Assembly: GCA_043228905.1 (NCBI GenBank)
Contig: JBHGNT010000695.1
Span: 1 to 17,449 of the forward strand
Reading direction: 5' to 3'
Origin: Azolla caroliniana
Lineage: Eukaryota > Plantae > Polypodiophyta
DNA length: 17,449 bases
In this document: piece after piece, positions 9,901-17,449 of the stretch
How positions within the stretch are numbered: the stretch's first letter is position 1
How the letters are laid out: each line of letters begins with the position of its first letter
Notes under the pieces: generated by a model
Told to the model about the DNA's origin: nothing
Databases searched by the model: none
The model's input: only the letters and a program-made list of their open reading frames with translations
Position numbers and translations under genes: made by a program

Positions 9901-12620
9901 CCATTGAGCAAGGTCCACATCTTTCTGCATCCTTTTTCTTTGAAAATCTACATCCTTTATGACTCTCGTCTCTTCATTCTGCGAGTAAGCCAACCAACTG
10001 TTATGTCAGCACACATTTGGATCACAAAAAACAACAAACCAAGTGAAATTTGAAGCATCGAGAATCTTACAACCCACCTTCCTTTTCTTGTTCCCGTGCA
10101 TCAACTCCTCTTCACTATTGTTATGATGCTTCCCAATGCCATGAACAGAAGAAGTTCCAGATGGCATTACATGATAAAGGCCATTATAACCCCCAAATTG
10201 CCCCTCATAACTAAAAGATCTGAATGCATCCTGATGATGTGAACTCCGAGGTTGAGCAAAAGCAAAAGTATTGTGCATATCACTCTGCATCATTAGATTA
10301 CCACCACTAGCATTGAGTGGCTTTTCATCGAATCCAAATGCATTTACATGGCTCTCATGTCCCTGCATAAGACCTCTTTGTAGCATGAAACCTGACCTAG
10401 AACTCTCAGATCCAAGAAAAACTTTTGAAGGCGTTGATCTTTCTTGTGATTTAGATGCTACACCATCCCTCCCAGACGGCTTCTCTGGAATGAATTTATA
10501 TTCCTGTAATGACCTCAAACCTAACTGAGTGCTCACACTCTGTCCACTGTCCATTCCCATGGATTTTCGATTACGAGCTGATTTTTTGTTGTGCTCAGGA
10601 TAAAAGGGATCCTGGAAACAAAAATAAAATTTAGTCTAACTCTCTATGTCTCACACCAAATTAATTGTTCGTTTCTCTGGATCCTATCTTCATCAATATC
10701 TGCATCAAAACTGTAATTATATTATTTAATACCTTAATTTTCTTTAATATTCAAACATCTGCCTATGTGAACCACCAAAAGTGGATTGTATTGATTCAAC
10801 GTATTGACTTATGGTCCCATACTCTTTCGTGGCATTCCATGGATGAAAATATGACTTTCTTACCCACACCCATTTGGCATCCTAAAGACGACAGCATTTC
10901 TATCTCTAGGGAAATCCCCCAGGAAAAGGATTTTATATATATATATTTGTTGATCCATCTATATATCTACTCATTCATTGAGTAGGCTCAATTAATGAAG
11001 ATATATCCATCTGTATTCTCATGAATAGGCACAGGGATGAAGGATAAAGCTTACTCTTTGTAGCTTGATATCAGCTTTCCCGCTACTTATGTCCTCAACT
11101 CGGCTTCTCAAATCCTGTGAACTGAAGGATTTCCAGTGGTCCTGTTGTTGCGAAGACACTACAAAAATTGTAGAGTGATCCACAGGGGAAAAAGTAAGAG
11201 ACAGATAAAATACTGTATAGATCTATCTAAAGCCAAAAAAGAGAAAAAGAAATGAAGATGTATTAATGTCTGTCAGAGGCCAGAGTAACCTATGACAATT
11301 AACAAGAAATTACAACTGAAAATGGTACATCAGCATTTTGAACGTTAAAAGGAAATGGCATCTCAAAGATATTAACAATAAAGAAAATGCTATGTCGCCT
11401 CATCTATGAAAACAAGGAAGGAAACATTATCTCATCCATGAGGAAATGTTATCTCGTTTATATGTGCATGAGAACAAAACATGGCGTATCTATGAGAGAG
11501 AGAGAGAGAGAGTATAGGCATACCAAGAGGTGAGGAAAAAGCTCCTGTCGTTGGAAGGGGATCAAACTCGATGCCTAAACAAGGGCTATCCTCCCTCAAA
11601 GGCTCTCCTAATTGTGCTTCTACAGCAGCAATAGCTCGTAGTTCTGCAATTCTGCAAGGATCCATACTACTATTCATAATTGCAGCTTCCCTTCCTACAA
11701 TCCGTTTCTTCTTTGAATTTGCTGATTCTTTGTCTACATATCCGCCTTCTCTCCTCTTGATCTTCCAGTCCTTTTCATCTCTGGAATGGTAGCTACCACT
11801 ACTAAGTTGCTCTTCCTTTTTTAGAGGAATTGATGGAGGATCTATCTTTGTGTTAGTGGATGCCTTCTGCATATTCTGAGAGGATGTTACCTTTAGATGT
11901 AATTGTGGGCTTCTATCAGAGCTTATCGCTGGCTCTTCTTCTTCTTCTTCTTGATCTTCTTCCTTAGCTTTCCTTTCCTTAAGCCTTCGATGACAAAACC
12001 ACATCTTGAGTTGTCTGTTAGAGAGACCAAGCTGAATAGATAAGCGAGCTCGAATCGCCTCTGATGGGTATTTCTCCTCTGTTCGAGCAAAGATTCATAA
12101 TGGTTCGATCAGTTTCGGAACAATAAAGTTCAAAATCGAAGGAATGTCGCAGATCAAACCTTCATATCCCTCCTCTACTTAAGTTTTCATGTATCAAATT
12201 TACAACAAAAGATTCAACATCAAAGAAACATTGCAGATCGCAGGTTAATCTTCTTCTCCTCCTCGCCTTATCAATTTCATGTAGATATTAACGTCTGGGG
12301 AAACATTCAGAGAACTTTGCAAATCAAAAGTTTTATTTTCTTCCATCTCCTCTTATAAATTTCATACAAAGTTTTTACGCTGATAAAAACGCTCAGAAAC
12401 TTCACAGATCAAAGCGTCCTCGTCTCCTACTTCATCTTCATCTTCCTTATTAAACGTGATTAGTATAAAGAGAGTGAAACAGAGAGGGATCATGGTATCA
12501 GAAAAAGGGCATACCTGCGAACGCGCGTTCCAGAGTCTCAAGCTGCAATGGTGTCTTCATTTTCCTCTTCTTATCCTCTTTCTGCGAGGTGGGAGGGGTT
12601 TTCGAGGTTTCTTCCTCCAT
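3294..12620 (-). CDS. RLT1: Homeobox-DDT domain protein RINGLET (RLT1/RLT2-like), 18 coding exons, 1762 aa; ISWI (CHR11/CHR17) partner
   Basis: join(12515-12620,11524-12078,11055-11158,10078-10611,9898-9978,9609-9785,9107-9329,8856-8956,8650-8736,8411-8566,8140-8313,7878-8051,6579-7280,5717-6181,4687-5313,4403-4507,4067-4306,3294-3971) = 5289 nt, all GT-AG and phase-consistent. Homeodomain KRKMKTPLQLETLE...YPSE...MWFCHRRLK; DDT VWKFLIAFADVLGLWPFTLDEFVQAFHDY; HARE-HTH RLTPGTVKYAAFHVLS...SKT-like TKTPESSITAALSRD; WHIM1 WVQGLMEGEYSELSVEERLNAL; WSD PLGMDRRHNRYWQF...LDTRGVREAHL. RLT1 versus RLT2 orthology cannot be resolved without a tree. Confidence 0.95.
4067..4306 (-). CDS. RLT1: RLT exon 17
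   Basis: atag|LLTELEGATKRDWLSSSF...VLPWVPRTTAAVALRLQTFDAALFY...TNQK|gtaagg. Confidence 0.92.
4403..4507 (-). CDS. RLT1: RLT exon 16
   Basis: atag|AAIPMEAINSSWTGSQRKAWGVSLKHASSPSELLQ|gtgtt. Confidence 0.92.
4687..5313 (-). CDS. RLT1: RLT exon 15 (WSD end, Cys/His cluster)
   Basis: gcag|AFSALMESLDTRGVREAHLH...CEMCHDFYWPQEKQCSCCH...PPRVQVLKAQILSIE|gttgg. Confidence 0.93.
5531..5600. repeat. Two-copy ~36-bp direct repeat in intron 14
   Basis: TTTTCATGATAAAAAG at 5531 and 5567, each followed by a similar ...TATTTT(G)ACA tail. Confidence 0.75.
5717..6181 (-). CDS. RLT1: RLT exon 14 (WSD/WHIM2-3 start)
   Basis: acag|DRMEAATALKRQMWAEAQQDKRR...YVFRSQPLGMDRRHNRYWQF...WEVIDTAE|gtaca. Confidence 0.94.
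6434..6530. repeat. Degenerate ~37-bp tandem repeat in intron 13
   Basis: TAYCTACTTGAAA...ATATGCA(T/TG)TTTTTA occurs twice plus a decayed third copy; a related copy lies near 6236-6270. Confidence 0.65.
6579..7280 (-). CDS. RLT1: RLT exon 13 (HARE-HTH end, WHIM1)
   Basis: ctag|KYGLRDLSTTKTPESSITAALSRDTIFFERVAPSTYCV...EIDESHAGEPWVQGLMEGEYSELSVEERLNAL...IRVALE|gtgat. Confidence 0.94.
7578..7729. repeat. Diverged 57-bp direct duplication in intron 12 (7578-7634 / 7673-7729)
   Basis: Ungapped alignment with 44/57 identities. Confidence 0.8.
7878..8051 (-). CDS. RLT1: RLT exon 12 (HARE-HTH start)
   Basis: T-rich tract then aag|GHGAEQ...YRLTPGTVKYAAFHVLSVEGPSGLPITEIADRIE|gtatt. Confidence 0.87.
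8140..8313 (-). CDS. RLT1: RLT exon 11
   Basis: ccag|ALAWGFDYREWSRYLNPLTWPEILRQFSLAAGYGP...HQK|gttct; the 3' boundary is somewhat less certain. Confidence 0.85.
8411..8566 (-). CDS. RLT1: RLT exon 10 (DDT end)
   Basis: tcag|DPRLLAEIHISLIRTMLRDIEDV...GGGHSQLVES|gtaagt. Confidence 0.93.
8650..8736 (-). CDS. RLT1: RLT exon 9 (DDT core)
   Basis: acag|VWKFLIAFADVLGLWPFTLDEFVQAFHDY|gtgag. Confidence 0.95.
8856..8956 (-). CDS. RLT1: RLT exon 8 (entry into DDT domain)
   Basis: gcag|ESLKKFPPPSVKMKNPLGISPWIDSQQNLGNLFM|gtatg. Confidence 0.92.
9107..9329 (-). CDS. RLT1: RLT exon 7
   Basis: tcag|LEREREKEEARKVKEATRLKAAIERATARRLARECVELIDDERLELLE...DRYK G|gtatg. Confidence 0.92.
9396..9562. mobile_element. 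Old 167-bp MITE-like foldback element in RLT intron 6 with TGTTATG...CATAACA ends
   Basis: 9396-9415 vs revcomp of 9543-9562 = 16/20; 9421-9434 vs revcomp of 9528-9541 = 13/14. Flanks TAATG / GACTG match only 3/5, so a TSD is not demonstrated. Confidence 0.55.
9609..9785 (-). CDS. RLT1: RLT exon 6 (charged coiled coil)
   Basis: acag|RGEQLQKDREKETERIMREKQREDERIQRE...LVQKEAQR|gtata. Confidence 0.88.
9898..9978 (-). CDS. RLT1: RLT exon 5
   Basis: gcag|NEETRVIKDVDFQRKRMQKDVDLAQWK|gtcag. Confidence 0.85.
10078..10611 (-). CDS. RLT1: RLT exon 4
   Basis: ccag|GAT CCC...LRSLQEYKFIPEKPS...HGNKKRK|gtggg. Confidence 0.85.
11055..11158 (-). CDS. RLT1: RLT exon 3 (poorly conserved small exon)
   Basis: tag|TG...AGA|gtaagc, open frame VSSQQQDHWKSFSSQDLRSRVEDISSGKADIKLQR. 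It supplies exactly the phase 1 to phase 0 change required between exons 2 and 4. Confidence 0.8.
11494..11512. repeat. (GA)9 microsatellite just inside the intron 2 donor
   Basis: Direct reading. Confidence 0.9.
11524..12078 (-). CDS. RLT1: RLT exon 2 (rest of homeodomain; LGIEFDPLP motif)
   Basis: cag|AG GAG AAA TAC CCA: EEKYPSEAIRARLSIQLGLSNRQLKMWFCHRRLK...LGIEFDPLPTTGAFSSPL, donor G|gtatg. Confidence 0.92.
12100..12455. repeat. Degenerate ~85-bp tandem array filling most of RLT intron 1
   Basis: The anchor RCARATC recurs at 12149, 12233, 12319 and 12404 (spacing 84, 86, 85). Each is followed by a CT-rich block ending CTTA, with TTTCAT at 12185, 12275 and 12360. Confidence 0.6.
12515..12620 (-). 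CDS. RLT1: RLT exon 1 (start codon; N-terminal part of homeodomain)
   Basis: MEEETSKTPPTSQKEDKKRKMKTPLQLETLERAFA+G, donor G|gtatg; not in the ORF track. Confidence 0.9.
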
Positions 12621-12699
12621 CGGTGGATTTTTCTGCTTCCCACAAGGATTTAGAGGTCCGTAATGAAAAAGGCAGGCCGACGAAATTGTACACAGAAGG

Positions 12700-13680
12700 T
12701 TGTTATATGGATGGGATACTGAAATAAGGGCATTCTGAGGGGGCAGGGATCATCAAAGGGTATCGAAAGGAAGAAGTGGGGGCGGGGGGGGAGGAGACAA
12801 CGGTGATGATGCTGAAGAAGAAGTGATGCAGAGGAACCCTAAAAACAGATTGTTCAAAAAGGAAAGGGGGGATGAAGATGGGCGTATGGGAGATGAAGAA
12901 CAGAAATAGATGAATGAACGAGAGGGAGATGAGAAACAGGGGAGGAACAGAGAGAGCAGAAACAGATGAATGACAGGAAGAAGAAAGAAAGAAAGAAGAA
13001 GAAGAAGAAGAAGGCAGAGGAGATTGATTGAAGACGAAGAAGAAGAAGAAGAAGAAGAAGAATGTGTTATGATCTGAGAGAGATTCTCTCACTTTCTCTA
13101 TCTCTCTCTCTCTCTCTTTCTCTCTCTTCTGTGCTCTGTCTCTCTCAGATCTTCTTCGACCTTTTCCTTGCTTGCTTGCTTCTTCTTCCTCAGCTATTTC
13201 TTCTTCTTCTTCTTCTTCTTCCTTCATTCTTTCTTGCTTTTCTTCTTCCTTCTTCCTTCTTCCTTCTTCCATCCCATCCCATCCATGGAAGGATTCTTTC
13301 TTCCCTTCCATGGATGGGGATGGAGATGGGTGGTAATGGGAGAGAGAGAGAGAGAGAGAGGGTGGATTTTGTTTTTTTCTTGCCGGTTTTCTTTGTTTAT
13401 TGGCTCACAAAACCGGCCAAACTTGAGGCCAGTGTGAGGAGGGGGTGGGGAGGAATAAGGAGAGTATGTAATAGTAGCAGGAAGAGGAGGAATAAGGAGA
13501 GCATGTAGTAGTAGTAGTAGTAGTAGTAGTAGAAGGCAAGCAATCCAGAGAGAGAGAGAGATAGATAGATGTAGAGACACACATGTATGTGTGATATACA
13601 TCTTTGCATGTACACATACAGAGAAGAGAATGTGTGTGTGTGTGTGTTAGAGAGAGAGAGAGAGAGGAGAGGCCCAAGCA
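12700..13680 (-). promoter_or_regulatory. Probable RLT 5'UTR/proximal promoter with dense simple repeats (GA/CT tracts are candidate BPC/BBR sites; site II-like GGCCCA at 13671-13676)
   Basis: Directly upstream of the ATG. Contains (GAA)9 13036-13062, (TC)n ~13101-13127, (TTC)8 13198-13221, (AG)10 13341-13360, (TAG)9 13506-13532, (TG)8 13631-13646 and (AG)9 13649-13666. The TSS cannot be determined from sequence. Confidence 0.55.
13278..13318. repeat. Perfect 15-bp inverted repeat with 11-nt loop
   Basis: CCCATCCATGGAAGG (13278-13292) / CCTTCCATGGATGGG (13304-13318); extends with bulges to ~13269-13329. Confidence 0.9.
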
Positions 13681-14902
13681 AACCTTGTATGTGAAACACC
13701 TTTTAAGAGGCCTTGGAATGGCCACACTGGAGAACCACGATCTTCAAATGTCATCTTGCCTTCAAGACCAAAGTTTAGCATTTTTGAGCGTATTAATCTC
13801 TCTCGACTCGCCTGGTCTCTCTTTTTGTTAGAGGAGAGACTAGACTACAAAAGCTTATGCATACTTTATCTGCACATTGTGTGTGTAACGTGTGTCACGT
13901 GTGTGTAAAGAGAATAGAAGGGGAGCCCAAGGAAAGGAAAATAAATAGGAATAGTGTTTCGTTCATTTTGCATTCATTGAAATATGTGACTCCATCTCCG
14001 TGGATACATATATACATACACACACACATATGTACTCTGTACATGTATTATTGTATTGTATTCTCTCACCACTGTACGGTAAGAATTATGTATCCTCTCT
14101 TAATTGCATAGCATGCATTTTAATCTCAATACTTCTCTTGTGTGAATTGGGTGTTTCTATAAAAGGTTCTCCCTCCTCCAGCTAGCCTTGCACATAATCA
14201 ATCCCGTTGTTGTCCTCTACACCTCACTGCCCCTAAATAAACTATAAACCGCTTTCATGTGTTAGTTACCATCTAACAAACCCACCTTTGAACCTCCAAC
14301 AACCACGAGTGTGGCTGTCTTCCTCTAATTCATGTTGCAAACTAGTTGACTTATTCTAATTGTAAGATGTTTGGCTACCAATATAAATTTATGGATTTGA
14401 TTCTCGACTTTCATGCCATATAAAACTCCTCCAAACCAAATGTTGCATTGTCGTATCACTCTAGCAATCCTCTGAGTCTTTGGCACATCGTTTTCTTTTC
14501 TCAAATTGTGCATGTGTCATCCTTGAAGAAATGTCATTTTAATATTCTTTGTGTGGTTCCAAAATTATCACATGATGTCTCTTTCTCTCATAGGTTAGCA
14601 TCCAATGGATGGACGAATTGTTCTTGAAGACAATATCTTTGTCCCATATGGTAAAGAAGCTAGATCCAATTCACTACGAAATTGACCATAACTCTTTAAC
14701 AATCAGAAGACAAAAGTAATTTTTATTGTAAGGATAGCTTCACGGAAGAATAACAAACACTTTAGAAGCTTCTCTACCTAGAATATGGTCTTCCACCATT
14801 CATGTTATTTGAGAACTCTAACAAGCAACGCCTCTTGTACATTTTAACATTACCTCAAAAATAAATAAATAACTTATTGATACAATAATTTGGATGCCTA
14901 AT

Positions 14903-15049
14903 TGTTACGAGCATGACCATATAATATCCCGTGGTGAGATTTTACCGTAGTATTCTATACACGTGGATAAGTGTGAGGGTTAAACGAGAGTGTAAAGATT
15001 ATTACGGTAAAATCTCACCACGGGATATTATATGGTCATGCCCGTAACA
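14903..15049. mobile_element. 147-bp MITE-like element: 47-bp TIRs (46/47), TGT...ACA termini, 5-bp TSD CTAAT
   Basis: Left arm 14903-14949 (TGTTACGAGCATGACCATATAATATCCCGTGGTGAGATTTTACCGTA) is the reverse complement of 15003-15049 except at one position (14910/15042). CTAAT occurs at 14898-14902 and 15050-15054. Confidence 0.88.
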
Positions 15050-15288
15050 CTAATGTACCTAGAAGTATTCCAACAAAGCCTGCCCTTCTCCTTTGCCTAA
15101 TATGAAGGAGTCTTTCAAGTTCCAACTCGCACTTTCACAAGTATATATCTTATTGAATTTTATTTTGCCATGTTGTAAGTTGGCTTTGTGACATAAAATG
15201 GTTGGTGTGACGACATTTTCTTCACTTTTGTTGATGTTCAAATGTGTAGTTACTTTTAAATGAAAATTATGAATCATGCTCTTAATTC

Positions 15289-15323
15289 TATGTATGTATG
15301 TATGTATCGTGTATGTATGTATG

Positions 15324-15364
<41 letters not shown>
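15289..15364. repeat. Compound microsatellite (TATG)n + (TG)20
   Basis: Interrupted TATG repeats at 15289-15323 and (TG)20 at 15325-15364. Confidence 0.95.
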
Positions 15365-15367
<3 letters not shown>

Positions 15368-17203
15368 TTCTCAAGTAATATCTAAATGCTTCATCAAAAA
15401 GTGATTCTCTAATCTTGTGAAAAAGATACCCTCTAATCAATTATATCTCTTCCATGGTGTAGAAAAAAATCACAAAATCATTAAATTTCTTCGTCTGATT
15501 ATTTACTTACGGGTGTATCATTGATATAATCATTTAAAGGTCAATGGATCATTGGTCTTGCAACTATGAAATGACAATGTATTCATTTCTTTTCTAGTGG
15601 AAAACATCAATGAATCAAAATTGAACCTTAAGTTATGCCAATTGATTTACAACCATAACTCCTAATTTAGGCTTGTCCGATTGTGTTTTCAAGGATGTGA
15701 AATACTAGAAATGCAAAGAACTTGAAAGGCATGTTACATTTCTTCTAGAAACTATACATTACTCGAGATTTGGATGTCATAAATAATAGGGTCCCCGATC
15801 GAGAGAGAAGATAGAAGTAAAAACATGTAATCTATTTTGTAATGCCTTTTCCATGAGATTAGGGATACACTTTATGACAAAGCGAATAGATATAGTGGCT
15901 GATAAATATTAAACACGCTTTTCAATATCCAAGAATTACGAGTTGTTGCCATACTTAAAAAAGGGTACTTGAGAAGGTAATGAGGAGTACAATGTCCATA
16001 TTTTTATTGTGCCCTATGATCAAAAACACGTGGAAGATAAAATTCACAAAAAATTAATGTTTGAGCAAAGATACAATCTTGTAACCAAGGACTTTCTTCT
16101 CGCTTACCCTAGATTGAACAAGGATCAATATTTCTTACATCGAATTGTCTATACAAGTTCTCATAAATGAGAGCCTTCTTCGTGTACAAGCATTTTTATT
16201 CCTACAAAACTTTATTTGTTTAAATACACTAAGGCATGCCATTTGGAGGGTGTGCAACTTGTTCTCTCCCTCCCTCTTTCTCCAAACAACCAAAATGTGG
16301 TACCACTTTTTCTCAAAAAGGTTATTTTTATTGAGTGTACAACCTCCTCAAGGCACAAAATGGTTGAATCCAAGGGGGAGAAAAGAAGTCAATGCTCCTT
16401 ATGGTAATATGAAATGTGTCACCAGACTACATATGGCATTTATATAACTCTTATTTAAGGTTATAGCCAATGTTGATCCTCCATGTACATAGATTTCGAC
16501 AAAGCAAGTTTACTTTTCTATAAACAATCAAAACATCATATAAAAGAGTTTTAGTTTTTTCAATAAGTGTGGAAAACTTTGCCTTCATAAAGTGTTACCA
16601 TTGGCTTTTATTATGAGCATGCAATATTTTCTTTTTTAATTGAAATTAGTAGATTATGGTGATTAAGGTTAGGATAAAGTTTTCACATGCATTGTGGACT
16701 TGGAAAAAAATAAATCATATGTTTTCTTGCAAAATTTAAGATTAATGGCATATTTTGAGAACTAGCATACAATTATCTCAATTAACTAATTGTTACATTA
16801 ATCTCTCATTAATAAGATTCAAAAATACAAAAAGATAACCCAATTTCTTGCTTGTCCTCTCTTGCATATGTTGTCACGAACATATTACAATACCGCGAGG
16901 ATTGCACATGAAAAGCAATGTAGGTTTTCACAGGGAAACACTTGAGGACATTCATGGCTTTTCTCTACCATCACTTTAGGTTTCAGATATATACATTAAT
17001 ACATCAAATTGATAACTATTTTGATCTTCATACTCGACAAAAAGAACGACTAACATACATTGAGCCCTAACGAACATGCCACCTTTGTGGTGTTGAATCC
17101 GCATTTGCCCGCACGTAGTGTTATGCAGATAAGTCTCATGGTTTATTGTCTATGATCCTTCTCCCTATGATTTCAGTTAGTATACATAATTGATGGTGCC
17201 ACA

Positions 17204-17449
17204 CTTCATCATGAAGGCTGGCCCTTTTCCAGTCTTCCCAGTTCAGGATCCTTTTGATCCTTCCACGTAGTGTGAGCTCTACCGATTCCCTTGTCCGGCC
17301 GTGCCGGATCCGGATTTATCTGTATCAGCGTGCTTCTTCCAACACTCGCTCACCTGGTAGCCTTTCTTGCCACAATACCAACATTTTGTGTCGGCCTTTG
17401 ATTGCCGGTTTTCGACGCCGCCTTGACTCCCTCTGCTCGTGGAGGGTCT
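17204..17449 (-). mobile_element. Degenerate LTR-retrotransposon (Ty1/copia-type) gag fragment with zinc knuckle; 5' part outside the window
   Basis: RPSTSRGSQGGVENRQSKADTK-CWYCGKKGYQVSEC-WKKHADTDKSGSG...NR*SSHYVEGSKGS*TGKTGKGPAFMMK. CX2CX4(H>Y)X4C at 17383-17342, stops at 17281-17279 and 17245-17243, and an abrupt rise in GC relative to the flank. Confidence 0.8.

Noticed and set aside
11980-12004. Homeodomain helix 3 reads WFCHRR rather than WFQNRR
   Set aside because: Known hallmark of the RLT/DDT-homeobox family, not novel.
12100-12455. Regularly spaced repeats as a CRISPR-like array
   Set aside because: Eukaryotic intron, repeats degenerate across the whole unit, no repeat-spacer architecture and no cas genes.
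12621-12730. Possible 5'UTR intron acceptor (TTTCAG on the minus strand near 12719)
   Set aside because: No convincing matching donor could be assigned without transcript data.
12703-13725. Several long overlapping ORFs (202, 148, 125, 106, 100 aa) upstream of RLT
   Set aside because: Products are poly-E/F/S/L/Y/T translations of microsatellites that lack stops by composition; no domain signal.
13896-13929. G-box CACGTG (13896-13901) and site II-like AGCCCA (13924-13929)
   Set aside because: Single hexamers are expected by chance; no supporting evidence of function.
15400-16950. AT-rich intergenic DNA and short ORFs (16145..16447, 16216..16407), possibly old TE/LTR debris
   Set aside because: No recognisable protein motifs, terminal repeats or TSDs found by eye.
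16975-17120. Plus-strand peptide ...YIEP*RTCHLCGVES resembling a LINE C-terminal zinc motif
   Set aside because: Only a CxxC with weak context and the expected downstream His/Cys is not evident; a TBLASTX against the genome's LINEs would be needed.

Overview
Eukaryotic (land-plant) genomic DNA; the repeat content suggests a fern, but that is only an impression. The main feature is a complete 18-exon minus-strand gene (ATG at 12620, TGA ending at 3294) that I spliced by hand. All 17 introns are GT-AG with matching phases, giving a 5289-nt CDS (1762 aa). It encodes a RINGLET (RLT1/RLT2-like) homeobox-DDT-HARE-HTH-WHIM/WSD protein, an ISWI chromatin-remodeller partner. Downstream (1-~2790, minus strand) lies a degenerate LINE with ORF1, AP-endonuclease and RT remnants, abutting an (AG)22 tract. 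Upstream are a microsatellite-dense 5'/promoter region and a 147-bp foldback element with 47-bp TIRs, TGT...ACA ends and a perfect 5-bp TSD. A dead Ty1/copia-type gag zinc-knuckle fragment sits at the right edge. The most notable signal is the foldback element, together with an older element in RLT intron 6 that has the same TGTTAYG ends. MITE architecture with LTR-integrase-type ends is not typical of the standard plant MITE superfamilies. No database searches could be run.
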